In this document: positions 8,133-17,900 of the stretch, one piece after another | Layout: the number at the start of each line of letters is the position of its first letter | Numbering within the stretch: position 1 is the stretch's first letter | Assembly (NCBI GenBank): GCA_041736305.1 | Contig: JBGSTX010000199.1 | Coordinates: forward strand, 1-19,270 | Origin: Oligoflexus sp. | GTDB taxonomy: Bacteria > Bdellovibrionota_B > Oligoflexia > Oligoflexales > Oligoflexaceae | Direction: 5' to 3' | DNA length: 19,270 nucleotides | Translations under genes and position numbers: made by a program | The notes under the pieces: model-generated | Database searches by the model: none | Told to the model about the DNA's origin: nothing | The model's input: only the letters and a program-made list of their open reading frames with translations

Positions 8133-9137
8133 TCAGTCTATGTGGTGCAGGCGGGGAGCAAAGGGTTCAGGCGAATTCGCCCCGATTTTCTTAAGTTCTT
8201 CGCCCATCACGGGATCAGCATCCGGCGCTTTAATCGCCTTTTGCATGAGCTTGATGGCCGCCTCAGTTCGCTTTTCGTAATAGGCGACCAAAGCCTGCGA
8301 GCGAATGGTCCAGGCGTTGTTCGGATCGCTCTTCTTAAGTTTCTCACTCACCTGTCGCAGATCCTGCAGGGTTTCGGGCTCTACGTCTTCGCTTAAAGCC
8401 AGCTCGAGGCGCATGCTCTGCGCCTGCCAGGCGATCATGTGATGGGTCGGGACCGAACTCGCCTGCAGCCAGCGGAGAGAATTTTCAAAAGCTGCCGGAT
8501 TTTCTCCCTTCACGACCTCCGGGGCGAGGACTTGCACCCGCAGTCGGTGCGCCTCTAGATTCTGGGGGTCGCGGGCTAGTATCTGCTGGACGAGAGCGAG
8601 TATCGCCTCGGCGTTCTTTTCCTTGTCGGCTTGGAGGGTGAAGAGAGCATGAGCTTCCTTCAGCGAGGCTGTTTCAGGCCGCGAATCCTCTTCCATAAGG
8701 GTACCGATGAGACGAGCTCGCGTGAAGGCAATCACCGACCAGCAGGCCGGTTCCCTGATGTTCTCTTCGATATCCTGATCCTGACAAGTCTTGAGGCTAT
8801 TCTTCGCTAGTGGCGGCAAACAGTCGGGATGAAAGTTGAGATCTTCGCGCTGCCAGGATTCAAACGTGTCGGTCGTGCCACTACTGATAGAAAGCTGGTA
8901 GAGAGCCGCGCAGGAGGGCGGGACGCCCAGCTTTTCACAAAGTTTAGCAACTGTCACCGCTGGTATAGGCAGATTGCGATCGAGCTCTTTCTCAAAAAAG
9001 GTAGGGCTGCCTTGAACGACGCCTGCTGGTTCCGGTTCGTTGAATGGAGCGATGGAAGTCGAAACACAGGCCGCTAGAACCTGCAGTAAGATTAACAATG
9101 GGCTCAAGAAGCCCAGTGAGCGGATAAATTTTTTCAT
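8133..9137 (-). CDS. Hypothetical lipoprotein with C-terminal TPR-like repeats
   Basis: MKK start, hydrophobic core and lipobox LAAC. TPR-like segments ILARDPQNLEAHRLR and KSDPNNAWTIRSQALVAYYEKRTEAAIKLMQKAIK. Start overlaps the dedA stop (ATGA, 9134-9137). Confidence 0.78.
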   Translation of the reverse strand: MKKFIRSLGFLSPLLILLQVLAACVSTSIAPFNEPEPAGVVQGSPTFFEKELDRNLPIPAVTVAKLCEKLGVPPSCAALYQLSISSGTTDTFESWQREDLNFHPDCLPPLAKNSLKTCQDQDIEENIREPACWSVIAFTRARLIGTLMEEDSRPETASLKEAHALFTLQADKEKNAEAILALVQQILARDPQNLEAHRLRVQVLAPEVVKGENPAAFENSLRWLQASSVPTHHMIAWQAQSMRLELALSEDVEPETLQDLRQVSEKLKKSDPNNAWTIRSQALVAYYEKRTEAAIKLMQKAIKAPDADPVMGEELKKIGANSPEPFAPRLHHID

Positions 9138-9811
9138 GAAGCTGCAGCCCTTTTTTGGCGGCGCGATTTAAGATAGCCTTGGAGACGCCGGAAGAGATAA
9201 TAGAAAATGGCTATAACTAGAATTGCCAGCAATACTAACTTGAACTGCTTGAAGTACACCAGGATATGTTCGCCGTAGAACGCCACCAGCAAAACCTGAG
9301 TCGGCACGCTGATTCCGGCTGCAATAGCATCAATAAAGATAAATTTTGATACACTGAGTCCCATCATACCGCATGCGAAATGTCCGGGAAAACGCAAGCC
9401 AGGCGTAAAGCGGAAGGCCCCTGCGGCCCAAATTCCATATTTTCGCGTCCAATCTGCGACTTTATTCATCCGTTCGCGATAGCGCGCCATAGGTCTGAGG
9501 CGGAGCAGTCGACTCCCGAAATGTCGCCCGAGGAAGAAAACTAAAAGATCTGAAAACATCACGGAAAAAAGTGCCACGGCAGCGGTGATATAGGGGTCTA
9601 CCGGGATAGCGCCGGGATAGGGAGGTGGAAATTTATCGGGATGAGCCGCAACGTAGCAGACCATCCCCGCACTGATGAGAGTAAGTTCTTCGGGTGCCGG
9701 CAAACCAAATCCCGAAGCGAGCATCAAGAGGAAAATGCCCGCATAAATAAAATAGGGTTGGTAAGCGTACTGGGTGAACCAACTAAGAAGTTCCTGTTCA
9801 GAGAATCCCAT
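9134..9811 (-). CDS. dedA: DedA family membrane protein
   Basis: Motifs GFGLPAPEELTLISAG, SDLLVFFLGRHFG, FRFTPGLRFPGHFACG and FIFIDAIAA. SD AAGGA upstream. Confidence 0.92.
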   Translation of the reverse strand: MGFSEQELLSWFTQYAYQPYFIYAGIFLLMLASGFGLPAPEELTLISAGMVCYVAAHPDKFPPPYPGAIPVDPYITAAVALFSVMFSDLLVFFLGRHFGSRLLRLRPMARYRERMNKVADWTRKYGIWAAGAFRFTPGLRFPGHFACGMMGLSVSKFIFIDAIAAGISVPTQVLLVAFYGEHILVYFKQFKLVLLAILVIAIFYYLFRRLQGYLKSRRQKRAAAS

Positions 9812-10067
9812 TCATAGTCCTTTTTCGCTAGCGGCTGCACAGATATCCGCATTGGAGATAAGGAGGCAACCCGCCTTGATGGCCATGCTAGGTCATGAAA
9901 GTTTCATTGATAGCATGATTAACCATAAAAAGTTAGAAATTCCTGAATCTCGACCCAAAGAGATCAGAGCTCTCAGCTTTTCCCATCTTCTTTTGTAACA
10001 CAGCCTGGAGGAGCAGAGGAGCTGCGGCGTACTGCAATTTCTGCCTCTCCTCAAGCTCCTTGCTGAG

Positions 10068-13000
10068 CTACTTGGCGCTCGATTGCAACTCTGGCTGCAA
10101 AACAAAGTCTTCTAACGCGTAAATTGCTAAGCCATCGCAGTAGAGCCAGGCATCAGCCTTAAGGCTCTGTGCGTTATGATCGATGGCTTTGATATGTACT
10201 TCATAGTTCAACTCTTGAGCGCTCGGCAACACCTGCCCCCGATAGGTCCAGCGATGCACCTGAGCCAGCGCCAGAGTCCAGGCCCTAACATCGGGCCAGA
10301 TACCTTGGGCCTCGGCCTTAAGCACCTGCTCTAAGGCCTCGAGACCGAGCGATCCAGGCATGACGGGATCCTGATAGAAATGGGCGGCAAAGAACCACTC
10401 ACCTTTCCTCACCGGCTGGCGTCCGTAGATTATCCCCTGCTCGTAACGCCCCGCCGGCGCTGAAGTGCGGGCGAGACTCTCAACCATGAGGAGAGGAGCT
10501 CTGGGTAAAGCAGGGTGCTCCGGATAGGCTTGGTCTATCGGTATTTGAGGCTCCTGCCAACGTTGCTGCTGCCGAAGACCCACCTGCTGGCCTAAGGCCT
10601 CACGGGTAAAAAAGCCGAAAGACGTCGTGCCTTCATAGACCACCCCTGAGACGTTGCGCACGCTGAAGTGATAATCCTGTAGGATCATGTCTCCATTGCG
10701 GCTGATTTTGGAACAACGGACATCCGTCCAAAGAGTGCCGCTCCCAGCATGGATTTCTTGAAAAAGCTTAGCCTCGCCCCCGAGGTTACGAAAGGAAAGA
10801 TCCGCAGCACTCAGCAGGGCCGAACCCATATAAGCTGCCATAAACCCACAGGGCTGCAAAGCTATCTCGACCAGCACGGCAAAGGGTAGAAGACCTCCTC
10901 CCCCTGCCTCCCAGTACCAGGCATCGAGCGGCGGTTCGTAGAAGGCCGAGAGTTGAGTTCCAACGTGCTGTTCCATGAAGGGCCCGTTGACCCAGGAGAT
11001 GCCGTCGAGAAATTTGTAGGGTGCGCGCGGCAGGCGCGCGATTTTGCGTCTCGTGTCGAAGTCTGCATAGACCTCACCAAAACAGTCCGAGGGATTTCCA
11101 GCTGCAAAAGCTTCTATATGAGAATTGGCGTAAGCGGGTTGCGTTTGCTGCGACCAGGTCGTCGCGAAGCTCGTCTCATTGCAATCCGGCAACGAGAGAC
11201 TCATGTCGCTGATATCGACTATTTCGCGTCCGTCGGCACTCATGAGCGCATCGCAGATGACATAGGCATGAGGCCCATAGCCGATTTCTTTGATTTCGAT
11301 ATCGTAGCGAACCTTCTGCGTCGAAGAGAGGACCTGCCCACGACATTTGAGTTGCGACCACAGCCCTTTCAGAGGTTCGCAGCGGAAATCTTCTGCTTCA
11401 GCCACCCAACCGAGTCGCATGAGGAGGATACGAAGAGTCTGCAGGCAGCACTCATACATGAGAGTCCCTGGCATCACCTGATCGTCTATGAAGTGGCAGG
11501 TAAGAAACCAGGCCTCGGGTTCTATATCAGCTTCACCGACTATCCTACCGCATCCGTAGCGTCCGCCTTCGGGATCGAGTTCGACGATCCGCTGAACAAG
11601 TCGTAGTTCCTGATCCGGCAAGCCCGCCGGATTTTTGATCGGAAGGCCCGCAAAACTAGGACCAAATCCCGCTGCGTAATCTCCTCGTCTGATAGCATCG
11701 ACCGCACTATCGCTGAGCTGGAGGCGGGTCTGAGGCGGAAAGGGCTTGAAGCCTCCAACTCTTTTACCAGGGCTAGGCTTGAGCTGCAGTGGGCTGCGTT
11801 TGACACCGCGTCCAGCATCGAGGGCTGCCTGGGTAAAGAATCCCGCACAGCCATCGCTCATGCTCATAAACGCTTCGCCGGCAATCTCAGCCTCGAATCC
11901 AAAGTGGAAAAAGAGTAGACCACCCTGCTCGAAGAAACGCTTGATCTGGATATGGTAGCGGACAGTCTCCCCTACCCGTGGCAGATGGCGGTGAAAACTC
12001 ACCCGTGCATCAAGAAGCCGGTAGACGGCTTCACCACGGGTATGAAAATCGGCCCCGAGAAAAGCCGCCAGCATCAGATCCGCCTGCCCTGACTCCACGG
12101 CGATGCTGGTCGGCATCTGTCCGTTTTCCAGATACCAGGCCCCAGGGAGCACATCGTGCTCGGTGACTATTCTTCCTGAACCGAGACTTTTCGGATCACC
12201 TTCGAGAGCCATCACGCGCTGGCAAAGCAGCAGTCGATCATCGGGAAGACGAACCCGAGTTGGGAAGCTGTCGACTTCGGCGAATGATGAACCAAAAACT
12301 TTAGCGATAGATCCTCTAGCAAATTCGCGACAGGCAGCATAATCGTAGAGTGGGTATGATGTCTGCTTCTGCCTTTCTTCCATCGCTTGAAGCTTTGGGG
12401 TTCCTTCTGCTTCTGCAAAGGACGTCCCCTCCTGCAGCATTTTTAGCAGCAGCGCATCGCCTTCGTTGCGATAGCGGAGGAACTCCTCGTGGCTCTGAAT
12501 CTGGGCCGCTTCAGCAGCTAGGAAAGATTCAAGCCAGGCAGATGGATTGCGCGGCAGGAGATGATTTTGTTCGACGATACTCTCGTTACGATTTGCATCG
12601 GGCTGAGAACCCTGCGGTTCAAAGGGCGCATCCCAGCGTCCAATTTCAAAACTAGCGCCGGCGATAGGAGGGGCAGAAAGCAGATTGATCTTGCTCAAAA
12701 ACTCATAGCGCACATCGCTGCGGGAACCATCGCTGCCGCGATAGCTAAAGCTCGCTGCCTGGTCTTGCCCGGCTGCCGTTTGGAGATGATCCATAAACGC
12801 AGCGAGACCGTCGGCTGCTCCGTGATAATAGGCCGTCTTAGTCTTTTTGAGACCTGGAGAATTCTTGCCTTTGCCCGTCTCGACGTCTCCTTGCAAACGG
12901 GTTTCCAGCGCGTCGAGCCGCAAGATAGCTTTGAGACCTAAGTCTTTGGCCATGTTCGCTTCCATAAGACAGAATGCAAGAGCTCGATCGGCTAGTGGGC

Positions 13001-14939
13001 CATATGCGGAAGCAAATTCTTCGTTCACCTGCGCCCGGGCTCGCCCACTGCTGAGCAGATCGAGGCCTAGAACGAAAGCCCCGCGCAAGTGTCCACCGGC
13101 AATCTGCTGCTGAGCTGTAGCCAAGGCTTGAAGCCCTGACTGCTCGCGAGCCGAGATAGTAAAGGAAGCAGCGCCGCAGCGCAGTTCGCGCGCTATGCGC
13201 GAGGCTACGATACTGCCCAGGGAGCCGATCACGGCTGGAGCACGAAGCGTTGGATAGGGCAGTTCATTTGGATTCTGACTGATCCAGCCGCTCGCGAAGA
13301 GATTGGTCGCCGCATCCAGCTCTAGTCCGACGAAACAGCCCATTTCCTTCGTAATTTCTGGGGCTAAAGAGCGGAGCCCGAGTCGATCCACGGCCAGAAG
13401 CCCGAGGATTTGCTGCGCGAGTACCTCCTGCAGCTCCAAAGGTGCGACTTTGAACTCGGTATAAGCGAGACGAAACGACTTGAGAGCTAAGTCGCCTTCA
13501 GCCGTTTTTTCAAAGCTCACCCGACTATCTTCCTCAGCTTCTCCTAGCTCGCTATGAATGCCATCGATAGTGCTCACGGCGACGACGACGACTTCGCGAG
13601 GACTTGGCAGGCTCACGGGCCGTGCCTGCTGAGCTTGATACTCCTCAAGCAGCAGATGCGCATTGATTCCACCGAAACCGAAACCACTCAGTGCCGCGCG
13701 CCGGGGGCGTCCACTCGCTGCGCGCCAGGGTTCTGCTTTCTGCAGAATGCGAAAAGGGCATTTTGCCAAACCCCAGCGTTCTGGGGATGAATGGTAGTTA
13801 GCAGTGGGCGCCAGGGTCTTCTCTCGCAGCGACAGCAGCAGTTTTGCGAGTCCGGCGGCGCCGGCTGCCGTCAGCATGTGTCCAACGTTAGGTTTCACAG
13901 AGCCTAAGACGGCGCGAGCTTCGGGTCTAGCGCCCTCCCAGAGTTTTTGGAGACTTGCGATTTCAGTAGCATCTCCTAAAGGCGTGCCCGTCGCATGACA
14001 TTCGATGAGATCCACATCATCGATTTGCCAGCCGGCCTGCTCATAGGCGGCCTTCATCGCCCGCAGCTGTCCCTCACTCGAAGGGGCCATGAGACGTCCT
14101 TCGCGATCGTTAGAGAGTCCAATACCCTGAATGACCCCGAGAATTTCATCTCCATCACGCTCGGCATCTGCTAGTCGTTTCAAGCCGAAAATTCCCGCGC
14201 CTTCCCCAACTAAAAGCCCGTCTGCCTCGGCATCGAGAGCCGAACAGCGTGCACTGGCTGACAGCGCCCCTAGAGAACTGAAACCAATCTGCGTGTAAAG
14301 ACTAAAGGGCCTACTCACCCCACCAGCTAGCATAAAATCCTGCTCACCGCGCTCGAGAGCATCACAGGCTAAGCGCAGAGCATAGAGCGAAGAGGCACAG
14401 GCGGCATCTAGCGTATAAACTATCCCCCCCAGTTCGAGGGCCTCGGCTAAAATGCGAGCGGTGCCGGCAGCCGGGGAGTTATTGCGCGGATCGCGTGCAT
14501 TTTGCGGGAGACGATCCAGGTCGATCTCACCGGTGGATTGCAACCAGTTAAAGCTGCGCTCGGCCGTGGCGCTCGTGGGGAGAGCTATGCTGCCGAGGAT
14601 TACTCCCATCCGCTGTTTCTCTATTCCCTGCCGCTTGGCTTGGAAGTAAGCCTCGCGGCCAGCTCCAATCGTCAGATGAAAAAGAGGATCGAGGCCGTCG
14701 AGAGCCGCCTGGGAGGTCGCCAAACCCTCCGCCGATTCCCGCGTCGATGACACTTCATAGAGCCGATCATGGGCTATCCCATCGCCTTCTCTCGCTTGGA
14801 AAGTTTCAGCAGGCGCTGGCCATCGTTCAGGGCTGACAGGTCGGAGCAGACTAGTCCCATCCCGCAGTATCGTCCAGAATTCATCCATGCTGCGAGCCCC
14901 AGGAAATCGAATTCCGGCACTGACTATTGCGATCGCCAT
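10068..14939 (-). CDS. pfaC: PfaC-like PUFA/secondary-lipid synthase subunit: KS, degenerate KS/CLF, then DH'-DH-DH'-DH (FabA-like hot-dog domains); no AT domain
   Basis: KS triad in DAACASS, ECHATGT and KPNVGH. Second KS-like domain lacks the Cys (TISAREQSG). Active DH motifs WFLTCHFIDDQVMPGTLMYE and WFFAAHFYQDPVMPGSLGLEA. Pseudo-DH segments AVESGQADL and LVEIALQPCGFMAAYMG. SD AAGGA at 14951-14947. Confidence 0.9.
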   Translation of the reverse strand: MAIAIVSAGIRFPGARSMDEFWTILRDGTSLLRPVSPERWPAPAETFQAREGDGIAHDRLYEVSSTRESAEGLATSQAALDGLDPLFHLTIGAGREAYFQAKRQGIEKQRMGVILGSIALPTSATAERSFNWLQSTGEIDLDRLPQNARDPRNNSPAAGTARILAEALELGGIVYTLDAACASSLYALRLACDALERGEQDFMLAGGVSRPFSLYTQIGFSSLGALSASARCSALDAEADGLLVGEGAGIFGLKRLADAERDGDEILGVIQGIGLSNDREGRLMAPSSEGQLRAMKAAYEQAGWQIDDVDLIECHATGTPLGDATEIASLQKLWEGARPEARAVLGSVKPNVGHMLTAAGAAGLAKLLLSLREKTLAPTANYHSSPERWGLAKCPFRILQKAEPWRAASGRPRRAALSGFGFGGINAHLLLEEYQAQQARPVSLPSPREVVVVAVSTIDGIHSELGEAEEDSRVSFEKTAEGDLALKSFRLAYTEFKVAPLELQEVLAQQILGLLAVDRLGLRSLAPEITKEMGCFVGLELDAATNLFASGWISQNPNELPYPTLRAPAVIGSLGSIVASRIARELRCGAASFTISAREQSGLQALATAQQQIAGGHLRGAFVLGLDLLSSGRARAQVNEEFASAYGPLADRALAFCLMEANMAKDLGLKAILRLDALETRLQGDVETGKGKNSPGLKKTKTAYYHGAADGLAAFMDHLQTAAGQDQAASFSYRGSDGSRSDVRYEFLSKINLLSAPPIAGASFEIGRWDAPFEPQGSQPDANRNESIVEQNHLLPRNPSAWLESFLAAEAAQIQSHEEFLRYRNEGDALLLKMLQEGTSFAEAEGTPKLQAMEERQKQTSYPLYDYAACREFARGSIAKVFGSSFAEVDSFPTRVRLPDDRLLLCQRVMALEGDPKSLGSGRIVTEHDVLPGAWYLENGQMPTSIAVESGQADLMLAAFLGADFHTRGEAVYRLLDARVSFHRHLPRVGETVRYHIQIKRFFEQGGLLFFHFGFEAEIAGEAFMSMSDGCAGFFTQAALDAGRGVKRSPLQLKPSPGKRVGGFKPFPPQTRLQLSDSAVDAIRRGDYAAGFGPSFAGLPIKNPAGLPDQELRLVQRIVELDPEGGRYGCGRIVGEADIEPEAWFLTCHFIDDQVMPGTLMYECCLQTLRILLMRLGWVAEAEDFRCEPLKGLWSQLKCRGQVLSSTQKVRYDIEIKEIGYGPHAYVICDALMSADGREIVDISDMSLSLPDCNETSFATTWSQQTQPAYANSHIEAFAAGNPSDCFGEVYADFDTRRKIARLPRAPYKFLDGISWVNGPFMEQHVGTQLSAFYEPPLDAWYWEAGGGGLLPFAVLVEIALQPCGFMAAYMGSALLSAADLSFRNLGGEAKLFQEIHAGSGTLWTDVRCSKISRNGDMILQDYHFSVRNVSGVVYEGTTSFGFFTREALGQQVGLRQQQRWQEPQIPIDQAYPEHPALPRAPLLMVESLARTSAPAGRYEQGIIYGRQPVRKGEWFFAAHFYQDPVMPGSLGLEALEQVLKAEAQGIWPDVRAWTLALAQVHRWTYRGQVLPSAQELNYEVHIKAIDHNAQSLKADAWLYCDGLAIYALEDFVLQPELQSSAK

Positions 14940-14985
14940 TTGCGATTCCTTTTTTGAGAGCTGACTAAAACAGCGAGTGGATTCT

Positions 14986-17900
14986 TCATCCTGGTGAATT
15001 TTCCTCGGCCTTTGGCCCGCTTTCTAGATGGTTCTGCGCGAATGGTGTGGCGAGAGACGCATCCATGACGACCTCGAACTCGTCGATACTCCAATATTTC
15101 CGGCGGCTCTGATCTAGTATGCTGGCTTTCAACTTGAGGGAATGAGTCTCCTGCTTCACTAGCTCGAGAGAGAGAAATAGCTCCTCATCGCGCGGCGGCT
15201 CACCGGCAAAAATAATGCGCCCCACCCGACTCGGCAAGGAACGAAGCCCCAATTCTCGGGTGCTCCACACTATAGCGGCTTGAAACACGGAATCGAGCAG
15301 CGGTGCATCGACCAGCCAATGAACATCGAGGCCGTTCAGGGCCCAGTCGACAGGTTCACCTTGCCAACGAAGCGAGGCCCAAAGACCTTTTTCTCCACAG
15401 CTCAGAATGCGATCTAGCAAATGGAGCTTCTCGCCATGGAAGAGAGTCCCTTCGTAGACCTTGAGATCGGCTAGCGCAGGATCAGCTTCGGGAAGCGCCT
15501 CTTCAAGCACTCGAGGAGACTCCAGATTAGGTCGGAAACCGAGGCGCGCATAGGCATGGGCCCGCCCCCCTGCTTCAAGACCAGATCCTCTCAGGGTCAT
15601 TTCAAACCAACGATGATCGCCGGCAAGTTCTTCGCGCTTGAGCGTGATGCATTCGACTTCATAGTGGGCCGCAGGATCCAGCACTATACCTTTCCAGACT
15701 TGAAAGTTCTCCACCGTCTGGAGCTTCCAATCAGGAACTTCGCTATGCGCAGCTACTGCCAGCCATTCGAGTAAGAGTGCCGCTGGGACAACCGCGCGAT
15801 GTTTAAGAACATGGTCGGTGAGGATGGGAGTCGTCGCGAGACTGATATCGATCGTTCGGGATGCGGATAAGCGGTAATTATTCTGCAAGGAGGCGATAGC
15901 CGGGAGGCTTTCGCGACTGGCGATCAGCCACTCTCCAGAAGAATTGCTCTGGGCCAATAGATCCTCGAGCATCTGTGCTCCAGCCTCGAGCGGAATAGGT
16001 TTGATGCCTTCGGCTTCGAAAACTTTTTTCAGGCTGTCCTGAACCATTCCACCATCCCAAGGGCCCCAGTTCAAGGCGAGTCCACGCCCCCCCTGCTGCT
16101 GCAAGAGCCAAGCAAATTTGTTCAGAACTTCATTGGCTACCGCATAGGAACCCTGACCTTTACGGCCGATGCGTGCCGTACTTGAAGAGAAAAGTGCGAC
16201 CCAAGGCAGCGGTCGGCCTGCTGTCTCGCTCCCGTCTTCTTCCCGAACCTGCTTCAGCCATTCTTCGAACTTATCGAGGATGCGCAGTTTAGTCTCGAGC
16301 ACAGCCGAGACTTCTTCGTCTTTCTGATCGAGCAGCAGGCGATCGTGAATGACCCCCGCTCCGTGAATTATACCTCTCGGCAGCCCCCACTCGGCCCTGA
16401 GTTCTTGAAAGGCCTGTCTAAGATCATTGTCGCGACTGACATCGACAGCATGATAGCTGACGCTAGCTCCTTTACTTTCGAGGAGGCTGATATTTGCCCG
16501 TATTTCGCGTCTTTGAACGAGTCCACGATAGGCCTGCTCGAGATCGCGAGGATGCGAGAGATTCGGATTATGCTCCATCAGAAGGCGCTTCAGAGCCCCT
16601 GGATCGTTTATACCGGCAAAGTCTGCAGGTTCTACATCCTTGAGAGGCGTGCGCCCCCAGATGACGAAATGAGGGTGATAATGTTCAGCCAAAGGTACGA
16701 GAGCGGCAGCCGTGACACCACGTGCTCCGCCTGTGACCAGGACGAGATCGCCCGGCGCGAGAAAGTCCTGCTTTTCCAGTTTGAGTTCTTCCGGCTCCAA
16801 CTGCAAACGATAGATCTGATCGCGAAGAACGCCTAGTTCTATGGGCCCCTCTACTGTCGAGACCTCGAGTACCCGAAGAGCGGCTTCAAAACCATCGGCG
16901 AAATCTTTGCCGAGATCGAGGGCGCGGGCGTGCACGCCAGGCCACTCGTGGGCAATCGTCTTCGCCAACGCAGCCACTCCACTCGAGTAGCACTGATTGA
17001 TGTGCGAGAGCCCATCGAGCCCAAAGCGGCCTCCATGGCGACTTACCGTCACCACGAAGCTGATACCACTATTTTTGATCAGCGTCGGTCCCACCTTTCG
17101 CAGTAGCTTGAAGGCTTGGCCAAGCCAGCGGAGAGGATGATTGTCGAACTTCAGAGGTGCGAGGAGGTAGAGTCCTGCTAGATTATCGGGGATTTGCCAG
17201 CGCTCGTGCATGGCCAGCGAGACTAGCCGGGATTGCACGCCACGCTCTTGCAGCTTGAGCATCATGTTACGGGCAAGATTGCTGCCGTCGTCGGCGATCC
17301 AAACTTCGTGACTACTGCTGAAGGTGCGCGCCGGTCCCCGGCTTTGGAAGCTCGCTAGACCGAGCTTCATGGCTCCTACCGCAGATGCCACCGAAACCTC
17401 CGATAACGAAGGTTCCGGCTCGATTTCCGGCTGCTGACTATCTTCCTGAGTGAGAAGAGGGAGCGGGTTTTCTAGATGCTCCTGGCTGCTGAGGTCAGGG
17501 ACGGATTCTTTTTTTTTTCCACTCAGGTCCCAGTTGCCAGCCAGCGAGGGATCCAGTAAGGCTTCGGCCAGCATTTCATCGTGCCTGCGTGAAGAATCTC
17601 CCGCGAGCTGGGCGAGCAGATCGTCGAGTGTACGGACTTGGGCCAGTTCTTCTTGGGCTAGGCCCTGAACTGAAGTGATATGCTCACCCAAGGCTGAATA
17701 AATCTCGACTTTCTTTATGGAGTCGATCCCAAGGTCGGCTTCGAGCTCCATACTGCCGTTCAAGACTTCAAGTGGATAACCGGTCTTCTCGGCGACAATG
17801 CGATAGATTAGATCTTCCACTTTGCTGCTTGTCGATGCGGCCTGAGCCCCAAACCTCGTTCCCTCCTCTGTACTCAAAGACAGCGAATCTGCTTGGACCG

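Noticed and set aside
10008-10053. Intrinsic terminator after pfaC
   Set aside because: Only an imperfect GAGGAGCAGA...TCTGCCTCTCCTC pairing, with no U-tract on the minus strand.
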